From a virus (Duplodnaviria > Caudoviricetes), in the IMG/VR virus record IMGVR_UViG_3300030372_000761, positions 1 through 26,593 of that record: a stretch of DNA of 26,593 bases; one strand, written 5' to 3'. The notes under the pieces are model-generated. The model saw nothing but the letters and a program-made list of their open reading frames with translations, ran no database searches and had not been told where the DNA came from. Every line of letters starts with the position of its first letter. Within the stretch, counting starts at the first letter, position 1. The position numbers and the translations under genes were made by a program. Shown one piece after another: positions 16,584 through 25,644 of the stretch.

Positions 16584-16613
16584 AGTATATATTATTTGTT
16601 AATATTTTGTTTA
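16584..16613 (-). promoter_or_regulatory. Putative phage late promoter TAAACAA...TATATACT
   Basis: Copy of the bipartite motif ending 6 nt before the protease ATG. Confidence 0.65.
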
Positions 16614-18875
16614 TAGGGTACTTTGTAAATCAAGCTCACTTTGTAAAGCCTGAGCATTACTAATATCTGTTTCTACAACATACGCTTGAACAGGAGGAGT
16701 TTCACTACCTGCATCTCCAAATGTAATTGCAGGAACATCTCCTGTCATATCTCCTGTTACACCTCCTGTAGTATCATCAGTAATGGTATCAGGCATATTT
16801 TCATTATCAGTATTTCCACCTGCTTTATTTATTTCTGCTAAATTCTTTATACCTGTTGCTATAACTAGACCTGCTTGAACAAAGTTAAAAGGGAAAGGAA
16901 CTTGAGCCATAGCTTTTGTTGCCCCCATATAAGTAGCCATAATAGTTTCAGCACTCGCCATAGCTTTATATACCGCTGTACCCTCTTTAGCTAAACCAAC
17001 AGCCATCTGTAAAGATTCGTGTCCTGCTTGTACTTGTAATGCCTTTTCCATAGCTATTTCTTTCTTCTTAGCTTCTAATTTTGCAGCCGCATCTGCCCTA
17101 GCTTGTTTTCTTTCCCTTCCATTTATCTCTTTAATTACATCAGCTTTTTCTTTTTCTAATTGTTCAGTTGCCTCAGCATTACCCTGAGCCAAGCCAATTA
17201 AATGATCATACTTTTCTTCAGCTAATCTAATCTCTTTTTCTTTTGCTGTTTCAAAATGTAAAAATAACTCATCATCTGCTTGTTGTTGAAGAACTGTTTT
17301 TGTTTCCCCTAAACTTTCTTCTATTTCTTCTATCTCTTGTGCATACTTTTCTTCTATCTCTTTTTTCTTTTCATTAGAATTGTTAATTATATTAAGTGAA
17401 GCCTCTGCACTTTGCTCAGAGGTTTCTAGTTGTGCTTGTGTTATATCATTATATACACCTGCTTCACTTTCTAAATCTGTAGCTATTTTTTGTATATAAT
17501 CCTCAAATTCTTTTTCTACCTTTTCGAGATCTTCAATAACAGCATCTTTATAAGCATCAGTATTTGAAGATTGTCTAATTTTGTTTATATTAGTAGCATT
17601 TTGCTGTTCAAACTCTTTTTGTAATTCTAGTAAATCTTCAAAAGATTCTATATTAGAATTTTTAATTAATGCAGTAAATTCTCCGTGTGAATCTATAAGG
17701 GCACTATACTCTTTCTCATTCTGGGCTATATAATTATATCTATATTTTGCCATACCTTTTTCATTAGCCGTCTCCTGAAATAGTTTTAAATCATCCTTTA
17801 CATTTTCTATAACTTTCTTTTGCCTTTTTTCATCTTCTTTGTTCTTTTCTTCTATGTCTGCTTTATATGCTTCTGTTTGTTCGTTTTGAGCCTTTATATT
17901 AGCCTTAGCATTTTTTACACTTGCATCAACCGCATCTAACTCCGCTTGCATTTGCTGTTTTTTCTGCTCTATAAGCTCTGCATTTGCTTCTTCTGCATTT
18001 TCAAATTGTGCATTTAAATCTCTATTTGCTTTTTTCTTTACTTTTATATCTTCATTCTGTAGGTCAATTAATTCCTGTAGCATTTCAGCCTCTTTCGCTA
18101 ACTGTTCCTCTCTAGTCCTTGCAGCTTCTTTTTGTTGTGCTTCTCTTTCTCTTTCTAATGAATTTAGATTAGTTAACTGTTCTGATCTTTGCCCTGTAAT
18201 CCTTTCATCTATTTCTGCTAATTTAGTTTTAGCCTCTAACAAGGCAACCTGTAAATCTACATTATTTTTATTTCGTGATAGTTCTACTTCAGCCAAGTAC
18301 AAGCTCTCCTCTGCTATATCTCTTTCTCTTTGTAGTTGTTCCTCTAAAACTTTTCCTAATTCATAATTTGCATCTATTCTTTGTTGAATACTTAAACTCT
18401 CATCATCTCTAATTTGTCGCATTAATTCAGCCTCTTGTTGATATTGTAATTGCAACAACCCTAATTCAGCCTCTAATAGTGTAACCTCTTTTCTTTGCTT
18501 TACTAAAGCATCTGTCATATCTTCTGTACCTGAAATAGCACTCATAGTAATACCAATTAAATCTGCAATACTCTCTACCACTATAGCAATTACTTCAGCA
18601 ACAGCAATTAAGATAGGCTCTAACGCTAAAAATATTTTATTCATAGCATCCATAAACTTCTGATTCTTTTGTAGTTGCTCTACTAACTTAGCAAATAAAG
18701 TTACTATCAAACCTATACCTGCTGCTTTCATTGCAGTACCCATAATCTTAAAACCTTTACCTGCTACCTGCCCTGCTCCACCAATTCCTTTTAAACCTGT
18801 ATCAACATTTTTTAAATCCTGAGCAGCCTTACCTGTTTTAACATTTAATTCTATATCTATTTTCTTTTTCGCCAT
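16611..18875 (-). CDS. Tape measure protein
   Basis: 754 aa; long coiled coil with hydrophobic N-terminal (AAGIGLIV) and C-terminal segments, ending in PVQAYVVETDI. Confidence 0.75.
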   Translation of the reverse strand: MAKKKIDIELNVKTGKAAQDLKNVDTGLKGIGGAGQVAGKGFKIMGTAMKAAGIGLIVTLFAKLVEQLQKNQKFMDAMNKIFLALEPILIAVAEVIAIVVESIADLIGITMSAISGTEDMTDALVKQRKEVTLLEAELGLLQLQYQQEAELMRQIRDDESLSIQQRIDANYELGKVLEEQLQRERDIAEESLYLAEVELSRNKNNVDLQVALLEAKTKLAEIDERITGQRSEQLTNLNSLEREREAQQKEAARTREEQLAKEAEMLQELIDLQNEDIKVKKKANRDLNAQFENAEEANAELIEQKKQQMQAELDAVDASVKNAKANIKAQNEQTEAYKADIEEKNKEDEKRQKKVIENVKDDLKLFQETANEKGMAKYRYNYIAQNEKEYSALIDSHGEFTALIKNSNIESFEDLLELQKEFEQQNATNINKIRQSSNTDAYKDAVIEDLEKVEKEFEDYIQKIATDLESEAGVYNDITQAQLETSEQSAEASLNIINNSNEKKKEIEEKYAQEIEEIEESLGETKTVLQQQADDELFLHFETAKEKEIRLAEEKYDHLIGLAQGNAEATEQLEKEKADVIKEINGRERKQARADAAAKLEAKKKEIAMEKALQVQAGHESLQMAVGLAKEGTAVYKAMASAETIMATYMGATKAMAQVPFPFNFVQAGLVIATGIKNLAEINKAGGNTDNENMPDTITDDTTGGVTGDMTGDVPAITFGDAGSETPPVQAYVVETDISNAQALQSELDLQSTL

Positions 18876-19033
18876 AATCTTTTAAATTGTTTTTTTAATT
18901 TCTTAAAATCCTTAGTGTATTCTTCTTGTCCATAAACAAAATCAAATTCCTTTTCGGGTAGTTCGTGTTTAGTAACTATTTTTAATACTCTTGGTATTAT
19001 ACTTCCTAATATTTTAATATCTTTTAATTCCAT
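18857..19033 (-). CDS. Small basic hypothetical protein (58 aa)
   Basis: Hand translation MELKDIKILGSIIPRVLKIVTKHELPEKEFDFVYGQEEYTKDFKKLKKQFKRLWRKRK*. It fills the gap before the tape measure gene. Confidence 0.65.
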   Translation of the reverse strand: MELKDIKILGSIIPRVLKIVTKHELPEKEFDFVYGQEEYTKDFKKLKKQFKRLWRKRK

Positions 19034-22000
19034 TCTAATCTATTTATGTCTTGGAACAATATACCATCTCCATTTTGATATATTGCTAAATTCCTAAATT
19101 GTGAGCTGTCTTGTGGTATAGGCTGTAGCAATATCTTTACTTTAGCTACCCAGCCTATTTGTTGCTCTCCTGATACTTGTATTGTTGGAGTCCATAAGTC
19201 ATTATTAAATGTTGTAAATCCTGCTGTGGGAGTAGGAAAGCCACTATCTGCATTAGACTTAGTTAATATACCACCTGCTGTTCCTATTGCTGAGTTTGTT
19301 CCTTGTATATTTTTTAATAAAGTTGTATAATTATAATAACCAACCTTGCTAACATTTGCAGGAGTATCTGTATCTATTTGTACTGTTCCTATTAACTCTA
19401 TTTCAATACTACCCATAGTGTTAGGGGGTATAGCTAAAGTTTTACGATCAATACCATTTACTAAAAAATTAGCAACAGTATTATCATAAGTATTTGCATA
19501 CATATAGAATGTGCTTGACTGTACTGAGCCATAACCTCTATTTAGTATTGTGTTTTCAGTAGAGCCAATTACAGGCATAGGTAAAGGTATTTGGTTGTTA
19601 CCAAAACCAATAGATTCAACATTACTAAAACCCACTACTGCATCAGTATTTCCTGTATCTTGTGGATTTGTAGGATTATTTAAATTATGATAACAAGTAC
19701 CAACCCCTGTAGTATTATTTGTTTGTTCAAAAGTCCAGGAACTATCTATATCTTCACAACAAGCATTTGTTACAGTTACTGAGCCACCTGTTGGATTTTC
19801 AGGATCAACAAATGTTATTGTTCCATTCTCATTAAATTCATAAGGCATTACATCACATTCATAAGCAAGTTTAGATATTACTTTAATCAGCTTGACTTTA
19901 GTAGTTTCTTTACCACCTACAACATAATTGTCTATACTCAAAACTCTCCATAATGTATTTTTTATATAAATAGTATCAGCAAAGTTAAAATCAAATATGT
20001 CTTGCTCATTTAGATTTAAATTGCACTCCATTATCCTTGCTTCATCACTATATATCTCATTTATATAACTTGCCCAATAATCATAATAAAATCCGTGCAA
20101 ACTTACTGTATTCCCAAATACAGGCGTTGTATATCCTGTAGAGAAAAATGGATTATAGTAATCCCAACTTACAATCTTTGTCGAAGATGTTATTGCAGTT
20201 AAAGAATCTAAATTATATTGAGTACATAAAGGAAAGGTGTTACCTGTGCTATAAGCCTCAGTATTACCAAGTGTGGTTAATACTCCTGAGTATATTCTAA
20301 AGTCATAAGCAACATCTAATACATCAGTTCCTGATATTGATATAGGCGTACCGCTATAATAAAATAACTTAGGTTTCCCACCCTCAATAGGTTTTCTTGT
20401 TTGATCGTTTTCCTGTATTTCAAATATACTTGCTACAGCTACTTGTGATTCTGTTCCATTACCTCCCATTAATCCATTAGCTATAAAGGGAGAGTATATA
20501 CTAAAATTAGTAAAGTCTTTTTGAGCAAAATCATTTCTATTAAAATTTAATCTACTACCCCAAACAGCCTTCCATTTTTTTATGTAGCTATTATTAAAAT
20601 AATCCTTATCCTCTAAGTCAGTAAATTTTAATTGCTTACTTTGTATCTCATTAGTAGATTTAACTACTTGCTCTTTAGATACATCTAGTTTATCTGTCCA
20701 ATATCTTGTTACACCTGTATCTATAAAGTCCTGATAAGGCTCTACTAATAGCATTTTAGGGTTGTCTTTATCTACCTGTACTATTAAGTTAAATCTATTT
20801 ACCAAGTCTTTTACAAAGTCAGCTTGTGTTATATCAGGCATATTTTCAGCCATTACAATCTCAGCATTTACATTACCATTGGTATAAGCCGATTCTCCTA
20901 AATTTAAACTCTGTATACTTGCTGAATTTAAAGTAGATGTAGCGGTATTTGCCCCTACTATATCATAGCTATTTACAAAAAATTGAAATTGCCAGGTTTG
21001 ACTAACTCCAACAGGGAGTAGTGTATTATAAGTATATTGATAGTTGTTTACAGTAGCTATCTGTGAATCATAGTCTTGGTTTACTATTGTAAAATATTGA
21101 TCCTGTGATTGCCATCTTGAGGATATATTCCAAGTATCTATAGTATTACCACCTGAGTCTTGGGTAGCAAAACTTATATCCATTGTTATAGATATATACA
21201 TATAATCAGTAGGCAAAACATTAGGTGTATCAGGGTTATAGGTAATTGTAAAAGTATTATCTGTTCCTGTACTCCACAGTCCACTTGGATCATATACTAC
21301 TGTATTCCAATTAGGAGCATCTAAGTAATATCCTCCTGCATCATTAGATACTATGTCTTGTGAATTACAAGTATATCTAAAATCACCAAATACTTTAGTT
21401 CTTACCTTTGAAAATTGAGGGGATAAAGTCATAAATAATCTACTAAACCATTGAGTATCTGTAACAGGAGTTCCTGCTGTATCATCTAATCCAAAAAAAC
21501 TACTCTTAATACTATATCCTGCCTTTTGAATTATCATATATAGCAGCTTCTGTATTCTTATAGCAGGTTTTAAATCTCCTACCCTTACAGCTCCAAACAT
21601 ACTTAAAGTATCATTAAATGTTGTAGAGTTCATTGTTAAAGCCTCTACAGTATTAGGAGAAAAAAACATAAGTTCAGAAGTTGGCATTTGGGTATGTCCA
21701 TAATCTATAACAGGATACATAACATCATTAGTAGTAGTTGATTCTACTGTGGTTAGCCCTGTAGTCCAACTTGTAACTACATTTTGTGCTGTGTTAAAAT
21801 GGTCTAATTGTCTATCTACTACATCATCAGCATCTATAAATGTGTCTCTTAATTTTTTGTTCTTAATATCAGCAAAGAAATTAGCGGTATCTCCAAATAC
21901 CACAACCTCATAAATTCTTGCATTTAAATAAATTGCTTTAAGTTGTATATATCCCTCTAATTGAGGAATGGTATCTACTAATATTACCGCCTTAAATTTA

Positions 22001-22248
22001 GTCTTAGTATTATAAACCAAAGTGTCTAAATTAACATCAAACCAATTCTCAAAAAATGTATTGTTTCTATTAGTGAATGGGAGTTTTATTTTTTGACTAA
22101 AATTAGACTTTCTTTGATCAGGTTCTTTTATATCTAACCAATTATAGTTGATTCTAATATTAGGAACTTTATCTAAGTCTAATTCAAAAGCGGTATCAGT
22201 TGTTGCTCCTGATGTATCTTTTCTATATACTACTAATCTCGTGTCCAT
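19024..22248 (-). CDS. Large tail tip / baseplate hub-like protein (1074 aa)
   Basis: DIKEPDQRKSNFSQKIKLP.T..NN.FF N-terminus, MPDITQADFVKDLVNRFNL and C-terminal T/N-rich beta domains; adjacent to the tape measure gene. Confidence 0.7.
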   Translation of the reverse strand: MDTRLVVYRKDTSGATTDTAFELDLDKVPNIRINYNWLDIKEPDQRKSNFSQKIKLPFTNRNNTFFENWFDVNLDTLVYNTKTKFKAVILVDTIPQLEGYIQLKAIYLNARIYEVVVFGDTANFFADIKNKKLRDTFIDADDVVDRQLDHFNTAQNVVTSWTTGLTTVESTTTNDVMYPVIDYGHTQMPTSELMFFSPNTVEALTMNSTTFNDTLSMFGAVRVGDLKPAIRIQKLLYMIIQKAGYSIKSSFFGLDDTAGTPVTDTQWFSRLFMTLSPQFSKVRTKVFGDFRYTCNSQDIVSNDAGGYYLDAPNWNTVVYDPSGLWSTGTDNTFTITYNPDTPNVLPTDYMYISITMDISFATQDSGGNTIDTWNISSRWQSQDQYFTIVNQDYDSQIATVNNYQYTYNTLLPVGVSQTWQFQFFVNSYDIVGANTATSTLNSASIQSLNLGESAYTNGNVNAEIVMAENMPDITQADFVKDLVNRFNLIVQVDKDNPKMLLVEPYQDFIDTGVTRYWTDKLDVSKEQVVKSTNEIQSKQLKFTDLEDKDYFNNSYIKKWKAVWGSRLNFNRNDFAQKDFTNFSIYSPFIANGLMGGNGTESQVAVASIFEIQENDQTRKPIEGGKPKLFYYSGTPISISGTDVLDVAYDFRIYSGVLTTLGNTEAYSTGNTFPLCTQYNLDSLTAITSSTKIVSWDYYNPFFSTGYTTPVFGNTVSLHGFYYDYWASYINEIYSDEARIMECNLNLNEQDIFDFNFADTIYIKNTLWRVLSIDNYVVGGKETTKVKLIKVISKLAYECDVMPYEFNENGTITFVDPENPTGGSVTVTNACCEDIDSSWTFEQTNNTTGVGTCYHNLNNPTNPQDTGNTDAVVGFSNVESIGFGNNQIPLPMPVIGSTENTILNRGYGSVQSSTFYMYANTYDNTVANFLVNGIDRKTLAIPPNTMGSIEIELIGTVQIDTDTPANVSKVGYYNYTTLLKNIQGTNSAIGTAGGILTKSNADSGFPTPTAGFTTFNNDLWTPTIQVSGEQQIGWVAKVKILLQPIPQDSSQFRNLAIYQNGDGILFQDINRLEWN

Positions 22249-23738
22249 TAGCTATTTGTTCTTACTTTATTAGCGTATTCTAAATTAACTGTATATTGTA
22301 TTTTAATCTTGTTATTAACACTTGTTTTTTTAGTGTATTTTTTGTCTGTTATTACTACAGGATATACTACATTGTTATCTGCTAAGATTTGCACATTAGT
22401 AGATGTAAATAGTTCTTCTAACCAAATACCCTCATCAGGATTAAGCCAATCACTATTTATAGTTAGCTTTCTCATAGCTTCAGTATATAAAGTCTTTTTA
22501 CCTCTATCCCAATTATTGTAACTAAATGTAGCACTATCCCAAGTACCAGGAACACTACCTACATCACTTCTTGTTATGTCTACGCTTTCTGTTGATTTAC
22601 CTCTAAAGTTCATATAATCCCAAGCTCCCAATCTATTACGCCAAGCAAGTCTTACATTGTCATATCTTGTACAGCTTTGGTGTCTGTCATCTATTCCTGT
22701 TCTTGAAGCTCCATATCTATAGAAATAATAATACTTAGTACATCTATCAGTTGTATCGTGACTTGTACAACCAAATATTCTATAATATGCCCAATTAGAA
22801 AAATTAGATGGTCTTGCACTTCCACTAGCTTCAACATTACCATCACTATCTTTTACTTCAGAGCTTGATGTTTGTAAGTTTTTAGTTCCACAACCAAAGT
22901 ATAATATTGATTCTTGTACTGTGTTCGCTTCTGCTGTGGTTGCTCCACCTGTTGCATTTGAATTAGTAAAAAAGTGAGTTGTTTCAGAGCCAACAGTTCC
23001 TGCTATTAAAGTACCTGCGCTATTAAAATACTGTATAGCTATATATTCTATTTTCTCTCCTACTGTTAATATACTTCCTGATCCATTTTTACCTTGTTTA
23101 AAACATATTGTAAGCTCATCTACATTATCTCCACTTGTACTACTTCCTCTTACAAATTGAATAGTAGGAGCATTTGTTAAGAAGCTATAATCATCTTCTG
23201 AGCTATCATCATTAATAAAATATGTTAAAGGAAAGCTATTATCACTATCATCTAAACCCCCTACATTTGTAGCGGTATTTGCATAAGGCGTAGTAGCAGG
23301 TATAGAATAAACTATTTCATTAGCTTTATTTAATGTTTCTTCAGGAGCAGCGGTAGAAGATGAAGCCTTTTCATATCCACCTACTATTTTAACTCCTATT
23401 AATTGGCTTGTATTTTGTGAAAAGTTTTTAGTAGGAGCTGATATACCTAAATTATGAATACTATTAGCTGTTGAGTTAACATTCTTTTCTTGTGTTTCTA
23501 AATAAGTTCTAATTATTTTATGAACATCTACTATTCCTACATCTGCACTATTTTTATGTATTTTTATTTTAGCTCTTTCTACCCAAGTAGAAGCATCTGT
23601 TGTACTAATATATACTTGTGCTATATATCTAAATTTATCTGCATTATATATAGCAGGGCTATCTTCTTTTAATACAAACACCATTGGACTATTTGCCCCT
23701 GCTAGTTGATTTGGTTTCTGTTCTATTGTATAAGCCAT
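22248..23738 (-). CDS. Tail structural protein (distal-tail-like, 496 aa)
   Basis: C-terminal WRNRLGAWDY.F...LTINSDWL...LEELFTS...PVVI motif; translationally coupled to the hub gene. Confidence 0.6.
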   Translation of the reverse strand: MAYTIEQKPNQLAGANSPMVFVLKEDSPAIYNADKFRYIAQVYISTTDASTWVERAKIKIHKNSADVGIVDVHKIIRTYLETQEKNVNSTANSIHNLGISAPTKNFSQNTSQLIGVKIVGGYEKASSSTAAPEETLNKANEIVYSIPATTPYANTATNVGGLDDSDNSFPLTYFINDDSSEDDYSFLTNAPTIQFVRGSSTSGDNVDELTICFKQGKNGSGSILTVGEKIEYIAIQYFNSAGTLIAGTVGSETTHFFTNSNATGGATTAEANTVQESILYFGCGTKNLQTSSSEVKDSDGNVEASGSARPSNFSNWAYYRIFGCTSHDTTDRCTKYYYFYRYGASRTGIDDRHQSCTRYDNVRLAWRNRLGAWDYMNFRGKSTESVDITRSDVGSVPGTWDSATFSYNNWDRGKKTLYTEAMRKLTINSDWLNPDEGIWLEELFTSTNVQILADNNVVYPVVITDKKYTKKTSVNNKIKIQYTVNLEYANKVRTNS

Positions 23739-23741
23739 TTC

Positions 23742-24353
23742 TTAAAAGTTTAAATCTTCTTCTTTTATTTTTATTTTATTTGGTAATTTATCTACTAAAT
23801 TTTCTAAGTCTAATCTAAAGGCTTCTGTAAGTTCGTTAGGAAGTTTTTTAAGAGCCTTTTTTACAGGTTTGCTATAAAACATTGTTCTTTCTAATCCACG
23901 CCTTTTAATGGAATATCCTATTGCCCAAGCTGCACTACTCTCATTCATATCTCCTAAACTAGCAGGTTTATTTTTTATCCAACCTTTAATAGCATTTACC
24001 ATAGCCCCTCCAGGATTAGCATATTTAAATTTAAAAGGGCTCGCCCCTCCTCTTGCGTTACCACTACCTTTAAAGCCACCTACACCAACAACCCCTTGAT
24101 CTACAAACTCCCAATAATCTTCAGCTCTACCAAACTCAAAACCAAATGTAATTGTACTACTTGTACTTTTCATTTTGTAGTGATAATCATTAAATAAAGT
24201 ATTCTCCTGTGTTCTTTTCTTTTTTTGGTTTAATATCCTTCTACCCTCTTGTATAACATTAGAGCCAAACCTTGTTAAAGCTTTCTCTAAGTGTTTAACA
24301 TCCCCCTTTACATACTTACCATCAGGACCTCTTAATTTTAATCTTACAGCCAT
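23742..24353 (-). CDS. Putative neck/tail completion protein
   Basis: Basic 203-aa protein with DYWEFVDQGV.G and AIGYSIKRRGL...FYSKP motifs. Confidence 0.5.
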   Translation of the reverse strand: MAVRLKLRGPDGKYVKGDVKHLEKALTRFGSNVIQEGRRILNQKKKRTQENTLFNDYHYKMKSTSSTITFGFEFGRAEDYWEFVDQGVVGVGGFKGSGNARGGASPFKFKYANPGGAMVNAIKGWIKNKPASLGDMNESSAAWAIGYSIKRRGLERTMFYSKPVKKALKKLPNELTEAFRLDLENLVDKLPNKIKIKEEDLNF

Positions 24354-24865
24354 TATGTGTTAGGGTTATTATCTGATGGCTCTATAGGAGCATTACAGAG
24401 GTTATTGGCATTGTTTACTTGTATTGACATTGAGGTACTCCAACCTGTAAGAATATTAGCAAATCTTGCAGTAAAAGGCTCTGTGCTTAATGGTAACTCT
24501 AAAACAGCTTCATCAGGTACATAGCTAAACTTCTTACCACTATCTCCCCCTGAAGTTTGTAAAGCTAAGTTTTGTCTAAATTCAGCTACTACATCTTGTG
24601 TGGTTTGTAGTGTGCTTGTCCATACTGCATTCCTGTTTGTTAAATCTTCTTTAAGCATATCTAAAACAAAGATTGTAAATGAGTATGTTAATACTCCCAT
24701 ATCAATAGTAGCTGTACCTGGCTCACAGTATAGTATAGGAAAATCAGCCTGGTCTAATTTGTTTATATCTACTTCATCTAAGAATCCTGAATGGAAAGAG
24801 TTAATTAAATAATGATTAGTAGCTATATTACCAAAGTCATCAATTATGTTTTTTAATGTTACCAT
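24353..24865 (-). CDS. Putative tail terminator protein
   Basis: 170 aa acidic protein with FPILY, FTIFVLD and EPFTARF.N.LTGW motifs; consistent position in the tail cluster. Confidence 0.5.
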   Translation of the reverse strand: MVTLKNIIDDFGNIATNHYLINSFHSGFLDEVDINKLDQADFPILYCEPGTATIDMGVLTYSFTIFVLDMLKEDLTNRNAVWTSTLQTTQDVVAEFRQNLALQTSGGDSGKKFSYVPDEAVLELPLSTEPFTARFANILTGWSTSMSIQVNNANNLCNAPIEPSDNNPNT

Positions 24866-25609
24866 AGTTATTGTTCTTTACACTTTCTTTATCTTGTTGG
24901 TAACATAAGTAGGTTAATACTAAATAAAACTCTAATTCTGTTACTTTTTTTATTTTTAATATATCATTATTTGCTAAAGCAAATACAACATTATACCAAC
25001 CCCATTTGCCCTCTAGCGTTTTGCCCTCAATCTTTGCCTCTCCCTCCTGGAATATCTGACTGAAGCGATTGGTAGTTTTTTCCCTAAACGAAAAAAAAAA
25101 CTCAACGCTGACATTGAGGGAAGTACTGGGAACTCTAAAAAGGATTCCTCTATTTCTTCACTTGGGTTATAAGGCTCTATCTTATATCTTGTACTACTCT
25201 CCTTTGCAATAGGGCGATATAATATGCTCATTATCTTATGTATGTTCTTATGAGCCTCTTTACAATATTCCTCAATATCTATATACTCTCCCATTGTTAT
25301 TTCAGAAAGGTTAGGTATTATACCATACTTCTTTCCATTCCATTCTACTTTCTTTTGTAGCTCATCTGTATTTGGTAGTGATGACATTAAGAATCTTAAC
25401 TCTTTAGCTATTTTGTTTATATCCTTAACCTCCATTCTTTCCAACATCTGTCTTTCAATATCGCAAATAATACAAATAACTTGTATATTAAACTCTTGCT
25501 CCTCTAATCTTCCTTTCCTTTTCTTTAACCTTTGAAACTTGTTATACATCTTGATACTTATGTCATTCCAAGTAGTGGGTATTTCAATGCTTACTTTTTC
25601 TTTTACCAT
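24840..25609 (-). CDS. Putative -1 frameshift fusion product (~256 aa) of the tail-assembly-chaperone-like gene
   Basis: T10 run at 25091-25100; the -1 frame is open from 25103 to the TGA at 24840-24842 and has no ATG. Confidence 0.7.
25013..25609 (-). CDS. Putative tail assembly chaperone (zero-frame product, 198 aa)
   Basis: IPTTWNDISI, YGIIPNLSEITMGEYIDIE, ILYRP and LSFFF slippery codons near the 3' end. Confidence 0.6.
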   Translation of the reverse strand: MVKEKVSIEIPTTWNDISIKMYNKFQRLKKRKGRLEEQEFNIQVICIICDIERQMLERMEVKDINKIAKELRFLMSSLPNTDELQKKVEWNGKKYGIIPNLSEITMGEYIDIEEYCKEAHKNIHKIMSILYRPIAKESSTRYKIEPYNPSEEIEESFLEFPVLPSMSALSFFFRLGKKLPIASVRYSRRERQRLRAKR

Positions 25610-25615
25610 TTTAAT

Positions 25616-25644
25616 AGTATATATATTTAGTTAATAATCGTTTA
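25616..25644 (-). promoter_or_regulatory. Putative phage late promoter TAAACGA...TATATACT
   Basis: Copy of the bipartite motif ending 6 nt before the ATG at 25609. Confidence 0.65.
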
